NCBI GenBank assembly: GCA_965208325.1
Contig: OZ242326.1
Coordinates: 2,400,001 to 2,464,000, forward strand
DNA: 64,000 bases
From: Candidatus Poribacteria bacterium
Lineage (GTDB): Bacteria > Poribacteria > WGA-4E > PCPOR2b
Reading direction: 5' to 3'
Under the pieces are notes generated by a model. The model was not told the DNA's origin. It was given only the letters and a program-made list of their open reading frames with translations, and ran no database searches. Positions 60,837 to 64,000 of this stretch are shown here, piece by piece (the first letter of the stretch is position 1; every line of letters starts with the position of its first letter). The translations under genes were made by a program, and so were the position numbers.

Positions 60837-61403
60837 CTACTGCCGATAACCGTTCTTATCCCACGTGGACACAGTACCGTTGCCGTATTCGTCTATGCCC
60901 ATGGTAACCAGCGCCTTGCTTTTACCCTTAACAAGTATACTGCCGCCGTACTTATAGATACCGAGTCCCACAAGCGATTTCTCATCTTTACCCCAAACGT
61001 CTATTTTGCCGCCGTACTCACCGATATAGAGAAACACAGACGATTCATGATCTTTGCCCACAACGTTCATATTGCCGCCGTACTCACCGATAGAGAGAAA
61101 CGCAGACGATTTCTCATCTTTACCCACAACGTCTATACGGCCGCCGTACTCACGGCTATGGAGTAACACACCCAATTTCCCATCTTTATCCAAAACAATT
61201 ATACGGCCGCCATCTTCGTCCGCAAGAAGTGCCACCCTTCCCCCCTCGCTGCCGTCTTTACTAACGACCGTCAACTTAGTACACTCAATCTCCCCAAACT
61301 TATCCCGCTGCGCCGTTACCGGCGACACCAACAACGCCGTCAACAAACTCCCGATGACCCCGCCAACAATTCCGCTTATAACCAAATAGTGTTTCGTATT
61401 CAT
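60837..61403 (-). CDS. Exported/anchored 22-aa beta-repeat family protein
   Basis: MNTKHYLVISGIVGGVIGSLLTALL..VTAQRDKFGEIECTKLTVV, repeats 'GG.IDVVGKDEKS..FL.IGEY'; RBS AGGAGG. Confidence 0.8.
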   Translation of the reverse strand: MNTKHYLVISGIVGGVIGSLLTALLVSPVTAQRDKFGEIECTKLTVVSKDGSEGGRVALLADEDGGRIIVLDKDGKLGVLLHSREYGGRIDVVGKDEKSSAFLSIGEYGGNMNVVGKDHESSVFLYIGEYGGKIDVWGKDEKSLVGLGIYKYGGSILVKGKSKALVTMGIDEYGNGTVSTWDKNGYRQ

Positions 61404-61798
61404 GGCAAATCCTCCTGTGTGGAAAAACATCCGCTAGAGCCCGGCCGCCCGTATGTTTTGACATTGTCGCGCCGCCGTTGGGGCTGTTTGAAATCTCCTA
61501 CCGAAATGAAAAAGTCAGATCATCCCGCCCACGCAAAATTATACTATACACACGTTTAGTCTGTCCACCGAATTTTCAATTTTTTTCGGCACCACTGAAT
61601 TCGGTGTAGCTTTCGTAAGTTGGCCAAAGTCTACGGTGCGAAAACCAACCCTCCTTACCGCAAATTAAAAAACGCCCGGTGTAAATATTTTGTGCGTAAT
61701 GTAAACATATTTTGCTCAAAATTAAAAAAAAGTACCTACATGGTAACTTCATACACTACTAAATTGTACGGTGTCTTACATTTTGAATAAAAACACCC

Positions 61799-61827
61799 TT
61801 GACAGATCTCTTTTCATCAAGTATTAT
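61799..61827 (+). promoter_or_regulatory. Sigma70 promoter facing the terminase genes
   Basis: TTGACA-17 nt-TATTAT. Confidence 0.65.
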
Positions 61828-61892
61828 AACATATAGTAGCTCACGCGCCGTGTAATCGCGCCGCGATTTACAACTAATTATAAAACAATTAG

Positions 61893-61951
61893 AAAAGGCA
61901 AACCCGCGAGGCAGCCTTATCAAGTGATGCTGAGGGTTTGCCTTTTTTTTT
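61893..61951 (+). terminator. Rho-independent terminator-like hairpin
   Basis: AAAAGGCAAACCC ... GGGTTTGCC followed by T9. Confidence 0.65.
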
Positions 61952-62134
61952 GAAATGCGCATCGGCATTTGAACGGCATGTGCTAATCCATGTATCTAGG
62001 TGGAGAAAAAATAATCCGTTGTAATTTGTAATTCGCTAAACCGCTCTACGACTAGCATTCGGCGATCCCGAAATTACAACGTTGTAAGGCGTTGTAAATT
62101 TAATCATAACAAACCGCCTCGCTGAGGTCATAAA

Positions 62135-62698
62135 ATGTCCGATAAATCAACTTGGTTGGAAGCCATGAAAGGCGAAGACATTCGAAAAAACATCGCCTAC
62201 AACATTCAGCGGTACGGCACCAAAAAAACCGTCGAAGCCATCTACGATGATCCGAAATTTGCGATTTGCAGAACGGAAAACGCCGCGCAGGATCGGCGCG
62301 CAATCCATAACGCAATCCAGGTCTGCAATCCCAAAAACCGAGACCGGTTCAACTCGCAAAAATATGGCGCCGCCGTCGCGGACGCCGTCAGAGATCAGCT
62401 TGAATTCACCGTCGCCGAACACCTGCCGGACATTGAACAGTCCCTCAAGCGCATGCGCGACGTTGACGACTCGGCTGTCGCCGCCGAAAATATCAATGAA
62501 CTTAAGCTGCTTAAATTAAGGTTGGAGATTCATGAGAAATATAGATCAGCCTCATTCTCACTCACAGGGCCTATTCGCGTCTACGAGCGCCAACCTGGCG
62601 ACTCGGGCGCCGGTGCAGCCCAATCTCAATTTAATTCGGGAGATTCGGGCGAAAGGCTACCTGAGCCCCCGAAATCGTTACGAAACGATTCGGAGTAA
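62135..62698 (+). CDS. Hypothetical protein, putative terminase small subunit by position
   Basis: Helical 187-aa ORF directly upstream of the terminase large subunit; RBS GAGG. Confidence 0.5.
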   Translation: MSDKSTWLEAMKGEDIRKNIAYNIQRYGTKKTVEAIYDDPKFAICRTENAAQDRRAIHNAIQVCNPKNRDRFNSQKYGAAVADAVRDQLEFTVAEHLPDIEQSLKRMRDVDDSAVAAENINELKLLKLRLEIHEKYRSASFSLTGPIRVYERQPGDSGAGAAQSQFNSGDSGERLPEPPKSLRNDSE

Positions 62699-62702
62699 AG
62701 GC

Positions 62703-64000
62703 TTGATTCATAACGAGGAAGAACGTAAGCTAGTCGTCCACCTGGCTTACGTCGATCCGGAGTTCTTTGTCGAACGCTATCTGCTCGCCCCGCACGACAT
62801 GTCGCCGTTGCAGCCGCACCATGTCGAACTCCTAAACCTCATCCCGTATAACGAAACCGGCGTCAAAGTCAACGTCCAAGCGCCGCGCGGCTCCGCGAAG
62901 ACAACCTGCTGCGCACTCTGGTACCCGCTCTGGAGAATCTGTTTCAAAGACTTTCAGCTCGCTGAAGGCGTCCCGGACGAAAAATTTATCCTCATAATCA
63001 GTCGAAACGAAGGAATGGCGCAAGGCATACTTCGTAACATCAAGGGACTAATGGATACACCGGGAATTGTCGAAGACTTTGGAATTCTGCGCGGTCCCGT
63101 ATGGAAAATGGATGAATGCGAGACCGCAAACGGCGTCACCCTCGTGCCCCGCGGACGTAACCAATCACCGCGCGGCTCGCTCGTACGCGGCAAACGCCCG
63201 TCCCTCCTCATCGTCGATGACCTTGAAGACACCGAACGCTGCATGAACCCCAAACTGCGTCAAAACGATTGGGATTGGCTGTTCTCGGATGTCATGTTTA
63301 CGTCCGACATCAGCGGGAACATCAACTGTATCTACGTCGACACCGTCAAACACCCGGAAAGCATTTCCATGCGGTTGACCAAGATGCCCGGATGGAAAAA
63401 TGTCCACTTCAAAGCCATTAAAGAACCCGAAGACCTCTACCACCCGACCCACGAACATCTCTGGAAAGAATGGGCAGGAATTTATGGAGACATGACGCTC
63501 AATGACGTAGAGCGAGACACGAAGGCTGACGAATTCTATAACGCCCACGCTGCAAACATGACCGCCGGCGTCATTGCGCTCTGGCCCGATCTGTTGCCGT
63601 TTCTCGAAGTCCGTAAGATGGTTGTTGAGCGAGGATATCACTTCTGCTTGAGGGAACTGCAAAATATCGCCCGCGACCCGAGTATGTCGATGTTTGATAT
63701 GGAAAACGCCATGACGTTCCGCATGCATGAGCGCGGCATGTTACGGAAGGACGGTCGTATCGTCGAATGGAGCCAAATCAGCGGCTTCACCACCTACCTC
63801 GACACCATGGGCGGGCGCGACGTACCCGATAATTCGTACGCTTGTGCCGTCGTCGTCGCCTGGGAGCCGTTACCGGGTGATAACAGGTCCAACTCCAACT
63901 CGATGGCGGGTATGAACGGGTATGTCCTGCTCTGCTGGCTGGATCGTACAGGGCTGACCGAACAGTTCGACTGCGCCATCCAGCTCCACCATCACGCACT
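62703..64000 (+). CDS. Phage terminase large subunit (runs off window; absent from ORF track)
   Basis: Manual translation from TTG 62703 (GGAG upstream): Walker A 'VQAPRGSAKTT', Walker B 'RGKRPSLLIVDDLED', nuclease-domain start 'FTTYLDTMGG...SYACAVVVAW'. Confidence 0.85.
   Translation, partial: MIHNEEERKLVVHLAYVDPEFFVERYLLAPHDMSPLQPHHVELLNLIPYNETGVKVNVQAPRGSAKTTCCALWYPLWRICFKDFQLAEGVPDEKFILIISRNEGMAQGILRNIKGLMDTPGIVEDFGILRGPVWKMDECETANGVTLVPRGRNQSPRGSLVRGKRPSLLIVDDLEDTERCMNPKLRQNDWDWLFSDVMFTSDISGNINCIYVDTVKHPESISMRLTKMPGWKNVHFKAIKEPEDLYHPTHEHLWKEWAGIYGDMTLNDVERDTKADEFYNAHAANMTAGVIALWPDLLPFLEVRKMVVERGYHFCLRELQNIARDPSMSMFDMENAMTFRMHERGMLRKDGRIVEWSQISGFTTYLDTMGGRDVPDNSYACAVVVAWEPLPGDNRSNSNSMAGMNGYVLLCWLDRTGLTEQFDCAIQLHHHA

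Noticed and set aside
59159..60910. Possible diversity-generating retroelement TR/VR pair (similar 3' ends at ~59160-59235 and ~60837-60910)
   Set aside because: Differences are not adenine-specific and there is no reverse transcriptase in the window; paralogy explains them
61893..61925. c-di-GMP-I (GGCAAACCC-GCGA-GG) or SAM-I (CTTATCAAG) riboswitch
   Set aside because: Only short 5' resemblances; the remaining conserved elements are absent and the segment pairs into a terminator stem
63165..63999. Minus-strand ORFs at the window end
   Set aside because: Antisense to the terminase large-subunit frame
1..64000. rRNA or tRNA genes
   Set aside because: None recognised by eye; tRNAscan-SE or Infernal would be needed to exclude them

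Overview
Bacterial genomic window, probably from a Candidatus Poribacteria-like sponge symbiont. This is inferred from a PhyH-type gene, cadherin/dockerin repeats ending in a 'LLPNYPNPFNPETWIP' C-terminal domain, C-type lectin domains and ECF-sigma fusions. 1-19 kb: metabolic and envelope genes (AKR, CopA, IolE-like isomerase, 2-hydroxyacid dehydrogenase, GT4, MurJ-like flippase, argG, Gfo/Idh/MocA), an orphan IS200/IS605 omega-RNA-like right end, an ECF sigma/beta-propeller fusion and an ECF pseudogene. 19-34 kb: an orphan tail-fibre-like gene, an unusual operon (small Gly-rich protein, LolA-like, YidD paralogue, two TPR/TM2-like proteins, beta-barrel) and a 2533-aa protease-adhesin. 35-49.6 kb: an iron/heme acquisition island (porin, imelysin, di-heme protein, Rieske, IsdG-like, TonB-dependent receptor, DUF4856-like) with three copies of a 25-bp Fur-like operator. 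50-57 kb: two lectin genes bracketed by ~200-bp direct repeats, a TPP enzyme and a DUF6602-like nuclease. 57.6-61.6 kb: an array of paralogous secreted 22-aa beta-repeat proteins with duplicated promoter/leader. 61.8-64 kb: a divergent promoter, a short terminated RNA, a palindromic motif cluster and a phage-type terminase pair; the large subunit is absent from the ORF track and runs off the window. All family calls come from motif recognition by eye; no database searches were run.
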